Source: an uncultured Chloroflexia bacterium (GTDB taxonomy: Bacteria; Chloroflexota; Anaerolineae; CG2-30-64-16). From it: DNA of 64,000 bases. The stretch covers positions 64,001 through 128,000 of the forward strand of contig CAVZDU010000008.1 of assembly GCA_963774265.1 (NCBI GenBank). Reading direction: 5' to 3'. The translations under genes and the position numbers were made by a program. Positions 33,991-44,159 of the stretch are shown piece after piece. Position 1 is the first letter of the stretch. The number at the start of each line of letters is the position of its first letter. The notes beneath the pieces were generated by a model. The model saw only the letters and a list, made by a program, of their open reading frames with translations. It was not told where the DNA came from and made no database searches.

Positions 33991-34779
33991 CTAAACGGAC
34001 GTTGTTCCATGGGCCGGCATCTGCAGCCGCGCCTGGATCATTTGCGAAAAAACATCTGCGATGCGCTGCACGAACCGGAGTGCGCGCTCCTGAGCGACGC
34101 GGTCCATGTGAAACACTGCCACGGAGTGAGCGGTCACCGTCTCCGGCTGCACGTGGAACAAGGCAGCCAGTTCGTCTGCTTGGTCCGCGGTCGGCGGCCA
34201 ATTCTCAGATACAATGCCGCCGATGACCACCATGCCCTTCAGTTCAGCGCCCACACGAATCAACCCGCGCGCGCACATCAACCCCATCTCACTCAGAGAG
34301 AATTTCGGCTCAAGTGCAACATCGCCGGCCATCTGCTGCCACGTGTGGACGCAGTGCTGAAGACCATCGGGATTGCCCGCCATCAACGCATCGAAGAAAC
34401 CGCAGGGGTTGCTGATCTTCGTGATGGGCCTGCCCTGCATATCGGTGATGATCAGGGTGGCGCCCAGCAAGTCCGCAAAAGCATCTTGGGCCGCTTGAGC
34501 GCATGCGACCGGCAGCATATCCATGAGGCTGCCATCGTTAATTGGAGCGGCAAATACAGATTCACGAGAAGGAGACAACTCCTGCAATCCACCGGCCAAC
34601 GGTGCGAATGCTGCGGAGCGTCCCGCATGGAGCCAGCGCTCGACATCGGTGCGCGCAAACCGCCACTGTTTGCCGACACGCATCGCGGGCAGTTGCCCAC
34701 CATCTACCATACGGTAGATGGTCGTGCGGTCCACCCGCAGGAGCGCTTGAACTTGCTTAGTCGTCAGGAGATCCGTCAT
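33991..34779 (-). CDS. Transcriptional regulator: excisionase-like HTH plus PocR sensor domain
   Basis: LLTTKQVQALLRVDRTTIYRM..GQLPAMRVGKQWRF; then QDAFA..IITDMQGRPIT..NPCGF..C..GL..I.VG..G (PocR-like). Confidence 0.82.
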   Translation of the reverse strand: MTDLLTTKQVQALLRVDRTTIYRMVDGGQLPAMRVGKQWRFARTDVERWLHAGRSAAFAPLAGGLQELSPSRESVFAAPINDGSLMDMLPVACAQAAQDAFADLLGATLIITDMQGRPITKISNPCGFFDALMAGNPDGLQHCVHTWQQMAGDVALEPKFSLSEMGLMCARGLIRVGAELKGMVVIGGIVSENWPPTADQADELAALFHVQPETVTAHSVAVFHMDRVAQERALRFVQRIADVFSQMIQARLQMPAHGTTSV

Positions 34780-34868
34780 TGCCACTTCAACATCGTTTTT
34801 GTTCGTGAAATCACTAACAGTATGCTTCGTATACCACTCTTTGTCACTGATCCAGATCATATTCAATG

Positions 34869-34914
34869 CATCAAATACATCATAGATGTCCTGGATTCTC
34901 CATCAAATACATCA
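34869..34914. promoter_or_regulatory. 14-bp perfect direct repeat overlapping a putative minus-strand promoter
   Basis: CATCAAATACATCA at 34869-34882 and 34901-34914; minus strand reads TTGATG-16 nt-TATGAT. Confidence 0.65.
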
Positions 34915-35117
34915 AAAGTTACTCGTCTCGTTGTGTCGCAGACAACCCTGGAACCAGGGTCTGCTTCACCCCGTCACAACAGTCAGAAAGAAGAGAATGT
35001 TTTAATTGCCCGCCTCACGTTGCCTGTGTTATACTGATCAGGCGTGATTTTTGCGCAGGTTGCAGGTTGCCTGGTGTGCGCCTGCAGCCCTGATGCTTCC
35101 GCTGACGCGGAGGAGAT

Positions 35118-36326
35118 TTGAGAGAGTTTCAAGCAATGCACAAGCGCACCCTTGCGGTGCTCTTGGGGGCTATACTGCTGCTGGCCGTGGGCTCGATCGG
35201 GTGTTCTGTAACGCAACTTGTCGCTCGCCAGTCGGCTGTAACTGTCACACCGACGCGCACGCCGCGTCCTACATGGACACGAGCAGGCGATGTGTTCCAG
35301 GTCGCCACCCCGACAATTGATGCAACGCGTTTTCCAGGAGCGGCATTGACTGGTGTCGTCGCGTCCACCGCACAAGTCTTTTCACCGGGTCAATCGGGAC
35401 CGATCTTCGTGCCCGTGCCCCAGGGCAGTGGGCTGAGTGTGCAGACGGTGGTCGTGGTCATCGTGACTGCGACGCCACAGCCGCCGCCTACGCCAACACC
35501 CGGCCCACCGACCATGCCTCCGCCACCCACGTTCACACCCGGCCCCCCCACGGCCACGCCAACGAACACCGGCACTCCGTTGCCGCCGGTCACAATTCGC
35601 GTTAAGGTGGACAAGGCGAACGTGCGCCAGGGGCCGAGCCAGTTTTATCCGATCGTGACCAAACTGGATGTGGGCACCAATGTCACGGTTGTCGGCCGAA
35701 ACCGTGGCGGCGACTGGTGGAAAGTTTGCTGCGTCAACGGCCAAGACGTTTGGATTGCGGACTCGGTGGTCGAGATCACCGGGCCCCTGTGGGCTGTCGC
35801 CGAGGTAGCCAACATCCCTCCACCGCCGCCAACGGCGATTCCACCGCCACCGACAGCGACGCGCGCGCCGACACCCACTTTTGCGTGGCCTTTCCGGGTG
35901 GAAGGCGCAGTTCGAGAATATACGAATCCTGGCAACAACTTTTTCCGCGTTGATGGTGTGATCTATAACGGTGCCACGCCGCTCTACGGCTACAAACTGC
36001 GCATCCGCAAGACGTCTACCGGTCAGGAATGGCTAAGCACCGGTTCGCAAACCTCGTGGATGTGGTATGTACTTCAGTTTCCGGCCGATGGAAAAGATCC
36101 GAGTATCCCAGTGGATTGCCCCAGTGCCAACCCACCTAAGGGGCTAATCTGCTTGAAGAGCAACGTTAAATGGGACAGTAACGGCGTACAGGTGCCTTTG
36201 GGCGATGATGTGTGGGAGGTCACTGCAACCGACGGTGGCGGCAAGCCAGTATCCACGCCTGTCCGTATCACAACCAGCGCAGCCAACCCAAAGTGGTACT
36301 ACATCACTTTCACGAGCAGCCCATGA
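35118..36326 (+). CDS. Pro/Thr-rich SH3b-domain lipoprotein 1
   Basis: Lipobox SIGC; PT-rich linkers; ANVRQGPS..V.VVGRN..WWKVCC. Confidence 0.85.
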   Translation: MREFQAMHKRTLAVLLGAILLLAVGSIGCSVTQLVARQSAVTVTPTRTPRPTWTRAGDVFQVATPTIDATRFPGAALTGVVASTAQVFSPGQSGPIFVPVPQGSGLSVQTVVVVIVTATPQPPPTPTPGPPTMPPPPTFTPGPPTATPTNTGTPLPPVTIRVKVDKANVRQGPSQFYPIVTKLDVGTNVTVVGRNRGGDWWKVCCVNGQDVWIADSVVEITGPLWAVAEVANIPPPPPTAIPPPPTATRAPTPTFAWPFRVEGAVREYTNPGNNFFRVDGVIYNGATPLYGYKLRIRKTSTGQEWLSTGSQTSWMWYVLQFPADGKDPSIPVDCPSANPPKGLICLKSNVKWDSNGVQVPLGDDVWEVTATDGGGKPVSTPVRITTSAANPKWYYITFTSSP

Positions 36327-37483
36327 ACCAGATCGCGCCCTCCCACATCCCAACACGACCGGCCAGGGTGCGCGCCATGGCTGTCGTGATTCTCCTGGCG
36401 CTCGTCAGCCTTGCCTGTTCGGTGGGAAGCGCGCTGCAGGGCGGTTCTGGGAGCGGCGCCACGCCCACGAGAACACCGCGGCCGACGTTCACGCCGCTGC
36501 CCGGCGCGCTCACGCCAGCGGTCACGGGATTGCCGGCTGTACGCGGCACGCTACCGCCGGGCGTGAGTGTGCAAACGCCGGACAGTGCTGGGGTGACCGG
36601 CGCATCGTCTATCGGCGCTAACGGCACGCCCGCATCGGTGGCCGGCGATACGAATCTGATATTGTTCGTCACCAACACGCCGACGGCTTCGCCGAGCCCA
36701 ACCCCACGGCCGGCCACTGTGACGCCGATAGAACGCGTCGGGTCGGACGGCCCCGCCCCGCATGCGACAGCTTACGTGGTCATCAAGCCGGCCACGCTGA
36801 ACGGCCGTCGCGGCCCCGGGCCCAACTACGAACGCATCGGCCAGGCGAGCAAAGGCCAGGAGCTGTTTGTCCTGGGACGCACGGCCGATGGCGCCTGGTT
36901 ACAGGTCTGCTGTATGGCGAACCAACCGGTCTGGGTGGCTGCCGACCAGGTGGATGCCACGGGCGCAGTCGAGGCTGCTCCCGTATTCACGCCGCCTCCC
37001 ACACCCCTGCCGCCCACGCCCACCCGGATCCCGCAGCCTGCAATCCCGCGGGTGGGGCAGAGCCCTCTGGCAACGCCGCGACCGGTGGGCACGCCTCTGC
37101 CGCCGTTCGACGTCGCTCGCGGGCCCGAGTTCCCGATCAAACGCGACAACGGCGTGCTCACGATCTGGGTCAAGGTATATGAAGGGTCGGACGAATTCCA
37201 GCGTCCACTGGGGGGTTACATCCTGAAGGTAACGCGCGACGGCGTTGATATCAGCGATAACATTCAGTCGTTCGACGACCGTCCATTTGACAAGACCCCT
37301 GCCAACCAGGGCGCATATGAATATAATCTGAAATTCGAGAAGTACGAAGCCAGCGAGGCCGATTGGGAGATCTACCTGGCCCGACCCGGTGGATTCCGTG
37401 TGTCGCCGGTCACGAAATACACGACCAAGGGCGACTCATATCGCAACCTGGTGGTCTACATTGCTTATCTCCTGGCGCGGTAA
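36323..37483 (+). CDS. Pro/Thr-rich SH3b-domain lipoprotein 2
   Basis: ATGA overlap with the previous gene; lipobox SLAC; LNGRRGPG..VLGRT..WLQVCC. Confidence 0.85.
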   Translation: MNQIAPSHIPTRPARVRAMAVVILLALVSLACSVGSALQGGSGSGATPTRTPRPTFTPLPGALTPAVTGLPAVRGTLPPGVSVQTPDSAGVTGASSIGANGTPASVAGDTNLILFVTNTPTASPSPTPRPATVTPIERVGSDGPAPHATAYVVIKPATLNGRRGPGPNYERIGQASKGQELFVLGRTADGAWLQVCCMANQPVWVAADQVDATGAVEAAPVFTPPPTPLPPTPTRIPQPAIPRVGQSPLATPRPVGTPLPPFDVARGPEFPIKRDNGVLTIWVKVYEGSDEFQRPLGGYILKVTRDGVDISDNIQSFDDRPFDKTPANQGAYEYNLKFEKYEASEADWEIYLARPGGFRVSPVTKYTTKGDSYRNLVVYIAYLLAR

Positions 37484-37559
37484 CCCGGGCGACTGTGCAG
37501 ACGGTCGTCCCCTGCCCGCCACGAACTCCAGAAAACTTGAACCGAGGAGGAAGTGCAAC

Positions 37560-38513
37560 ATGCGCGTGCGCTTTTGGGTGCTCATTGCTGCGGCTGTACT
37601 GGCTATCGGGCTGGCGGGCTGTAGTACGGCCCGTGTCGCCCGCGGGCCGGCCAACACGCCCGTACCCACGAAAACCCTGCGGCCGACTTTTACCGCAACG
37701 GTCCCGGAACCGACCTTGACGCCAAGCCCTACCACCGCCCAGCCGGTCTCCGCTGATCAGGCTCCGGCGGCCAGCGCCACGCCGGAAGGGCCAACCGCAA
37801 CGGCTGAGCCGCCGACACCCGAGCCAAGTCCCACGGCCGAGCCCGCCGCCTTCACCGTAAACAGCGCTTCGCTCAACGTGCGCAGCGGCCCCGGCACCGC
37901 CTTCGGCGTCATCGGCCGCCTGACAAACGGCCAGAGCTTCCCGATAACGGGAAAGAACCGAGACGGCAGTTGGTGGCAGTTCGACTACAACGGCCGGACA
38001 GGGTGGGTGGCTGGCTCGAATGTCTCCGTCCGCAGCGGCGACACGGTGGAGGTTGCGCAAAACATCCCGGTCGCACCGACCGCGGCCCCGCGACCAACTG
38101 CACGACCAGCAGCCCCGCGACCCGCGCAGCCCCAACCACAACCACAACCGCAAGTCGTTACGAAATATAGCCTGACCAAGTCTGAGCTACGTCCTAACAC
38201 AAATCCCATCGTCAGTGTTTGGTGCTTCGTGATAAACCAGGGCGGCAACGGCGTGGTGGGAGGGACGATTCGAGTCCTTCAGGGCGGAGCCACAGTCAAA
38301 GAACAACCATTCAACGCCGTGATGGCTCGCGGCGATCCAGGTTACTCCTCAGAGTATCTCTATAACGATGGGTGCAAAGTGGAGTTGCCTGGGGCGGACG
38401 GGACCTACAGCGCCTACTTGATTGAGGGTGGCAACCAGGTGTCCGACGCCTTCACCTTCACGGCCTCAGGTAGCACAAACCGAATCGCGATTATTGAATG
38501 GAAGCTACGGTAG
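37560..38513 (+). CDS. Pro/Thr-rich SH3b-domain lipoprotein 3
   Basis: RBS GAGGAGG; lipobox LAGC; LNVRSGPGT..ITGKN..WWQF..GWV. Confidence 0.88.
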   Translation: MRVRFWVLIAAAVLAIGLAGCSTARVARGPANTPVPTKTLRPTFTATVPEPTLTPSPTTAQPVSADQAPAASATPEGPTATAEPPTPEPSPTAEPAAFTVNSASLNVRSGPGTAFGVIGRLTNGQSFPITGKNRDGSWWQFDYNGRTGWVAGSNVSVRSGDTVEVAQNIPVAPTAAPRPTARPAAPRPAQPQPQPQPQVVTKYSLTKSELRPNTNPIVSVWCFVINQGGNGVVGGTIRVLQGGATVKEQPFNAVMARGDPGYSSEYLYNDGCKVELPGADGTYSAYLIEGGNQVSDAFTFTASGSTNRIAIIEWKLR

Positions 38514-38545
38514 ACAAGGCAGCCGTTAGCGGTACTCATGTCTCC

Positions 38546-41349
38546 ATGCAATCAGCAAGAACCCGGTTTTGTGGCAAAACAGGGTTCTTGCTGATTGCCA
38601 TGCTGCTGGGCCTCGCCCTCCGCGCAGCCCGGCTTAACTTCCAACCCTTGTGGTGGGACGAAGGCTATTCCGTCTGGTTTGCCACCCACTCACTCGACCA
38701 GATGGCAGCGCTCACAGCGGAGGATATCCATCCTCCGCTGTACTATGCGCTGCTGCACCTGTGGACGCTTCTGGGCGGGACAGGGCCAGTCAGCCTGCGG
38801 CTTCTCTCAGTTGCTTTCGGGGTCGCCGCGATCCCGATGATGTATGTGGCGGGGCATCGGATTCTCGCCAGTCACCGCGCAGCCTTACTGGCCTCCTTCC
38901 TCGTGGCGATCAGCCCCCTGCACGTTTTCTACAGCCAGGAAATTCGCATGTATGGACTGGTCGCCCTGCTCAGCACGGGGGTGCTGTGGGCGGCGTGGGG
39001 GGTGCTGCACCAGCGTCAAAGTCGTTCGGCGCCGTTCGCGTACGTCATCCTGACCACCCTCGCGCTCTACACGCAGTACTACGCCCTTTTCTTGCCCATC
39101 GCTCTGACTCTGTACGCGCTGTGGTGGTGGCGCAAAGACCTCAGGAGCCTTGGACGTTGGCTCGGATTGCAGGCCATCATTGCGGTCTTGTATCTACCGT
39201 GGACGATCTACGCGGGGTCCAGGCTCGTCCTTTACGTTAGCAACAAGATCGTCGCGGACGCTGACAAACCTCTCGGCTTCCTCATGTATCTCGCCCGACA
39301 TCTCTCTGCCTTCACAGCCGGTCACCTCGAAGGGCCGCTTGCAACGTGGTGGCCGCTCGCCCTGGTGCTCCTCATCCCGACAATTGTCGGTCTCATCCTA
39401 CGAAGTCGAGCGCGGACGCGACCCGCCGGCCCATCTCCTTTTTCGTCACGGTACTCGGCGTTGCGCTGTTCCTCGGCTGGCTGATCGGTCTGCGCTACCC
39501 CTTCTTCCCCGACCGCGGTGAACGGCTGTTGCTGCTCGCTCTGCCGGCGTTCGTGATGCTGACTGGCGCCGGTCTCGATGCCTTGCTGGCCCGCGTTCGG
39601 CCCATCGCTTATGGGGCCCTGGCGCTCGTCGGAGCTGTTTCGGCGGTCAGCCTGGCCGGGTTCTACTTCGTGCCCCGCTATGCGGATGATGACTACCGCC
39701 CGCTCATCGCGCGAACCGTCGAGCAGGGACTGCCAGGCGACACCGTCTACTGTGTATATCCGTGGCAGGTCGGCTACTGGCGCAGCTACGCCCAGGTTAA
39801 CGGCCCCGTCGCGGTGTTAGGACCGGCAGGGGAATGGGGACCGGAGGTCCAGGCTGCCCTCCAAAACGAGCTGACACAGGGACGCGTCTGGTTCCCGGCG
39901 CACCTTTCGCTCGGCGCGATCCTGGAAACGCAGGTCGAGCGATTCCTGGGCGAACGCGCCGTGCCTTTTGCCAACACGTGGTACGGGCCCGGAACCCGGC
40001 TCAGTGCGTGGAGTGCACAGAGCATAGGGAACGATCCGGTCAGCCTCAGCATAGGAGCCGCCCCTCTCGCAACTTACACGATGCCGGGCGGCGGCCAACT
40101 TGCCTTGCTGGGTGTCACCGCCGTCACCTCTCAAGTACCCGCCGCAAATCAAATCGTGCCCCTGTCTGTCACCTGGCAGGCCGATCGCGTGCCACCCGAG
40201 CTTGGCGTAAGCGTACGCCTTTCGGATGACCTGGGGCAGATCTGGGGACAGAACGATTATGAGCCGCCCGGGGCGATGGTGGGATCAGACGCAGGCAAAG
40301 CAGAGGGGTCCGCGTGGCGCGCAACCGACCGTTTTGGGCTGCTCATTCCTGCGGGAACACCGCCTGGCCGCTATCGGGTCGAGCTCCTGGCGATGCCTAA
40401 GGGCAGCACGCGGCCCCTGGATGCGGTCGCCCAAGGGCAGCCGGTCGAGGAAGGTGTTCGCCTGTTCGACCTCGAGGTGACGCCCGCTGACCGGACCCTC
40501 GGTCCCGAGCGTCTCCCCATCGCCAGCCGCCAGACCATCGACCTTGGCGACGACCTGCAGTTCCTGGGCTACGCCGTCGACACCGCACCGTTGGCCCCCG
40601 GCTCCCTGCGCCGTGTGAATCTGTTCTGGCAGGCGATCGGGACGCCTGTCGCCGACTACACCGCATTCGTCCAACTTCTCGACAGTGATGGCTCGCCCGC
40701 AGCAGGATGGGAGGCTCCACCCGGGGCGGCGCATGCTACCTCGAGTTGGGCGTCAGGAACGCTGATCCGCACGCAAGCCTTCTTCCGCGCACCTGCCACC
40801 CTGCCGAATGGCCGCTATCGCCTGATCGCCGGGCTTTACCGGCCGTCTGACGGCGTCCGACTCAAGACCTCATCCGGCGCCGAGCAGCTGTCACTCGGCA
40901 AGATGACCATCCAGGGTCGCGACCACAATATGACTCCACCCAAACCCGCCTGGCCGGCAGATGTCTCATTCGACGGCGCCGCGCACCTGGTCGGCTACGA
41001 CCTACCCACGGGGCAGGTTGCAGGCGGCGGAAAGCTGGTGGTAACCCTCCACTGGCAGGCAGTAGCGGCGTCCGACCGGCCTTATACGGTTTTCGTGCAC
41101 CTGGTGGACGAACAGGGGCAGGTTCGAGGTTATGGGGACGGCGAGCCTGGCAACGGGGCCTATCCCACCACGGGCTGGCTGGCCGGTGAATACCTGGCCG
41201 ACGAGCACACGATAACCGTGGCGGCCGATGCGCTGCCAGGAACGTACCGTATCGCAGTCGGCCTGTATGAGCCGGGCCCCGGGCAGAGGCTGCTGACGGG
41301 ATCGGACGAAGATCACACGGTCCTGGATCAGGTAGTGAGCTTGAAGTAA
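38546..41349 (+). CDS. GT-C fold membrane glycosyltransferase (PMT/GT39-like) with C-terminal Ig-like repeats; one indel near 39430
   Basis: LWWDEGYS, DIHPPLYY, YSQEIRMY, many TM helices; three repeats of L.W...DY.VFVHL.D..G..PG.Y.L..GLY. Confidence 0.85.
38548..38598. repeat. Inverted repeat with 24-bp arms inside the 5' end of the glycosyltransferase gene
   Basis: gcaatcagcaagaacccggttttg-tgg-caaaacagggttcttgctgattgc, one mismatch. Confidence 0.85.
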
Positions 41350-41399
41350 CGCCTCACCTGCTGCGGCGAGTGCAAGGCCGGATGCAGCCGTCGGGAGGG

Positions 41400-42584
41400 T
41401 TATTCATTTTGCACCCGTCGCCGTAACTGCCCGCACCCCGCGTCTATATCGATCCCTCGTCGCAGCCGCACCGTTGCCGGTATACCATTTCGCTCCAGGA
41501 TCCGCTGAAATACAGCCGCATTGGCATCAGACGAAGGCTGATACGGAGACTCGGCCACGGGGTTGAGCGGGATCAGATTAACGTGGCACATCACCCCGCC
41601 GCTCGTGCTGCGCAGTGGCTTGAGCAGGGCGGCTAACTCGAGGGCCAGTTCCGGTGTGTCATTGATGCCGTCCATCATGGCGTACTCAAAAGTCACCCGG
41701 CGGTTGGTGCGCTGGATGTATTCGAGGATCGCGTCCATCACGTCACGGATCGGATAGCGCTGGTTGACCGGCAGGAGCTTGCTCCGGAGCGTCGTCGTTC
41801 GGCGCGTGCAGACTCACCGCCAGATTGATTTGCAGTGGCTCGCCCGCCATTCTGCGGATGCCCTGCGGCAAGCCCACGGTGGACACCGTCATGTGGCGCG
41901 CACCCAGGTTGAACCCGTCCTTATCCGTGATGGCGCCCAACGCTTGCCAAACGCGGTCATAGTTGGCGAAGGGTTCGCCCATGCCCATGACGACGATATT
42001 CGTGAGGCGTAGCCCCTGCCTGCCGGCGGGACGGTCCTCTCCCGGGAACTCCGGCGAGGCGCTTAACAGGGAGCCGACTGAGCCGAAGGCGCTCAGTGGG
42101 ATGAAGGTGGTCTCGCGGGGGATCGGCGCCAGTGGCGTCGCCGCAAGGTCCGCGCGGCCGCCAGCACCTGGGCCACGATTTCGCCAGTGGTCAGGTTGCG
42201 CGCCAGACCGCCCTGCCCCGTCGCGCAGAAGACGCACCCCATCGCACAGCCGGCCTGCGAGCTGATGCACACCGTGCGGCGCTCGTCGTAAAGCATCAGC
42301 ACGGTTTCGACCGTCAGTCCGTCAGCCAACCGGAACAGCCACTTGATCGTGTGCCGGTCTGCCGATCGCTGCTCGTAGATGCGTTCGAGCGGCTCGATGC
42401 GCGTTTCCGCGGCCAGCCGGTTACGCAGCGCGGCAGGCAGGTTGGTCATCTGGCTGGGATGCGTTGCCAGCTTCCTGTACAGCCAGTCCCATACTTGCCT
42501 TGCGCGGTAGGCCGGCTCCTCCCACCTGGCCAGCAACTCAGTGAGTTGGACCTTAGTCAAGTCATATAGCAGCGCGCCGTTCAT
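41400..42584 (-). CDS. rlmN: 23S rRNA m2A2503 / tRNA methyltransferase RlmN (indels)
   Basis: [49 protein letters not shown]. Confidence 0.95.
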
Positions 42585-42712
42585 GGTGCGAGGATAGCAC
42601 AAACGGAGGGGATGGTCAACGAGTTCTAGAGACTCGCAACATCCTGGCTGCATCCTGCCTGAAAAACGATCTCTGCCTCCGTACCGATTTGCACTTTTTC
42701 GCACTCAGCGAG

Positions 42713-42741
42713 TTGACACAGAGAATCACCTGTAATATCCT
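42713..42741 (+). promoter_or_regulatory. Sigma70-type promoter of the CUT1 ABC operon
   Basis: TTGACA-17 nt-TATCCT. Confidence 0.65.
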
Positions 42742-42781
42742 ATGACCAGAGAGCCCATCATATCAAAGGGAGGACAACTCG

Positions 42782-44146
42782 ATGAAGCGTCTGCTCACTC
42801 TCTCGCTCACCCTCTTGGTGCTGGCTGGCGTACTCGTTACCAGCTGCGCCGCGCCAGCTGCTCCCCAGCCGGCCGCGCCGGCCGCTCAGGCGACCACGGC
42901 CCCAGCCGCACCCGCGGCCCCGGCTTTCGACTGGCAGAAGTACAAGGGCACGACCATCCGCGTCATGCTCAACCAGCACCCCTGGACGACTGCCATCCAA
43001 GGCAGCTTTCCTGATTTCGAGAAGCTGACCGGCATCAAGCTGGTTGCCGAAACCTACCCCGAGGATCAGTTCCGGCAAAAATCGCTGGTCGAGCTATCCT
43101 CCGGCGCCGGGTCGCTCGACATCTTCATGTCGCAACCGCCTCAGGAGGGCCTGAAGTACCGGCAGGCCGGCTGGTACGAGGACTTGAAGTCCTATGTCAA
43201 CGACGCCAGCATGACCGGCCCTGATTACAACTTCGCCGACTTCCTGCCCGGCACAATCACCTTTGAGACCATTCAAGACGCACTGATCGGCATCCCCATC
43301 CAGTTGGAAGTGGAGATGCTGTTCTACCGCAAGGACCTGTTTGCCGCCGCGGGCCTGACCGCGCCCAAGACGCTGGTTGAACTGGAAGCTGCGGCAGCGA
43401 AGCTGAACGACCCGGGCGCGGGCGTCTTCGGCATCGCGTCGCGCGGCCGGAAAGCGGCCGCGGTCACCATGTTCAGCAACTACCTGTACAACTACGGCGG
43501 CAACTGGCTGGATGCCAGCCGTAACCCGACCATCAACTCGCCCGAGGCCGTGGAAGCGATGACCTTCTACGGCAATCTGCTCAAGAACTACGGGCCTCCC
43601 GGCTCGGTGGGCAATCACTGGAATGAGGTCGTGGCGCTGTTCCAGCAGGGCAAGGCGGCCATGTTCACTGATGCCTCGGTGTTCTACGCCAACGTGGAGG
43701 ACCCCAAGGCCTCCACCGTGGCAGGCAAGGTGGGCTACGCACCGTTCCCCGCCGGACCTAAGGACAACACTTACTGGCTCTCCGGCTGGGGCCTGAGCAT
43801 GGCATCCTCGTCAAAGAACAAGGGTGCGGCCTGGTACTTCATCCAGTGGGCCACGTCCCCTGAGATGGCCAAGAAGACCCAGATCGACGGCAGGGTCGCC
43901 GGCGCGCGGCAGAGCGTGTGGAATCTGCCCGAGAGCAAGACCACCTTCCCACCAGACTGGACCGATGCATACGTGCTCTCCAGCTCCAAAGCGGCCCATC
44001 CTGACCGGCCGCCGGTCGTCGCAGTGTCCGAGGTCCGCGACGCCATCGGCAACGCCATCGTGGTGGCCATCGAAGGCGGCGACGTCAAGGCCGCCGCCGA
44101 CAAGGCTGCCGCGGACATGAAGGACATCCTGGCCAAGACCGAGTAA
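42782..44146 (+). CDS. Carbohydrate ABC transporter substrate-binding lipoprotein (CUT1)
   Basis: Lipobox VTSC; FEKLTGIK, LFYRKDLF, FQQGKAAM, AWYFIQW. Confidence 0.93.
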   Translation: MKRLLTLSLTLLVLAGVLVTSCAAPAAPQPAAPAAQATTAPAAPAAPAFDWQKYKGTTIRVMLNQHPWTTAIQGSFPDFEKLTGIKLVAETYPEDQFRQKSLVELSSGAGSLDIFMSQPPQEGLKYRQAGWYEDLKSYVNDASMTGPDYNFADFLPGTITFETIQDALIGIPIQLEVEMLFYRKDLFAAAGLTAPKTLVELEAAAAKLNDPGAGVFGIASRGRKAAAVTMFSNYLYNYGGNWLDASRNPTINSPEAVEAMTFYGNLLKNYGPPGSVGNHWNEVVALFQQGKAAMFTDASVFYANVEDPKASTVAGKVGYAPFPAGPKDNTYWLSGWGLSMASSSKNKGAAWYFIQWATSPEMAKKTQIDGRVAGARQSVWNLPESKTTFPPDWTDAYVLSSSKAAHPDRPPVVAVSEVRDAIGNAIVVAIEGGDVKAAADKAAADMKDILAKTE

Positions 44147-44159
44147 CGCAGGACCATCC

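Noticed and set aside
34600-34779. Prophage or ICE excisionase
   Set aside because: The domain is fused to a sensor domain; no integrase, att site or phage genes nearby
35480-35580. Short tandem repeats or CRISPR-like array in Pro/Thr-rich stretches
   Set aside because: Low-complexity coding linkers with no constant repeat-spacer structure; no cas genes
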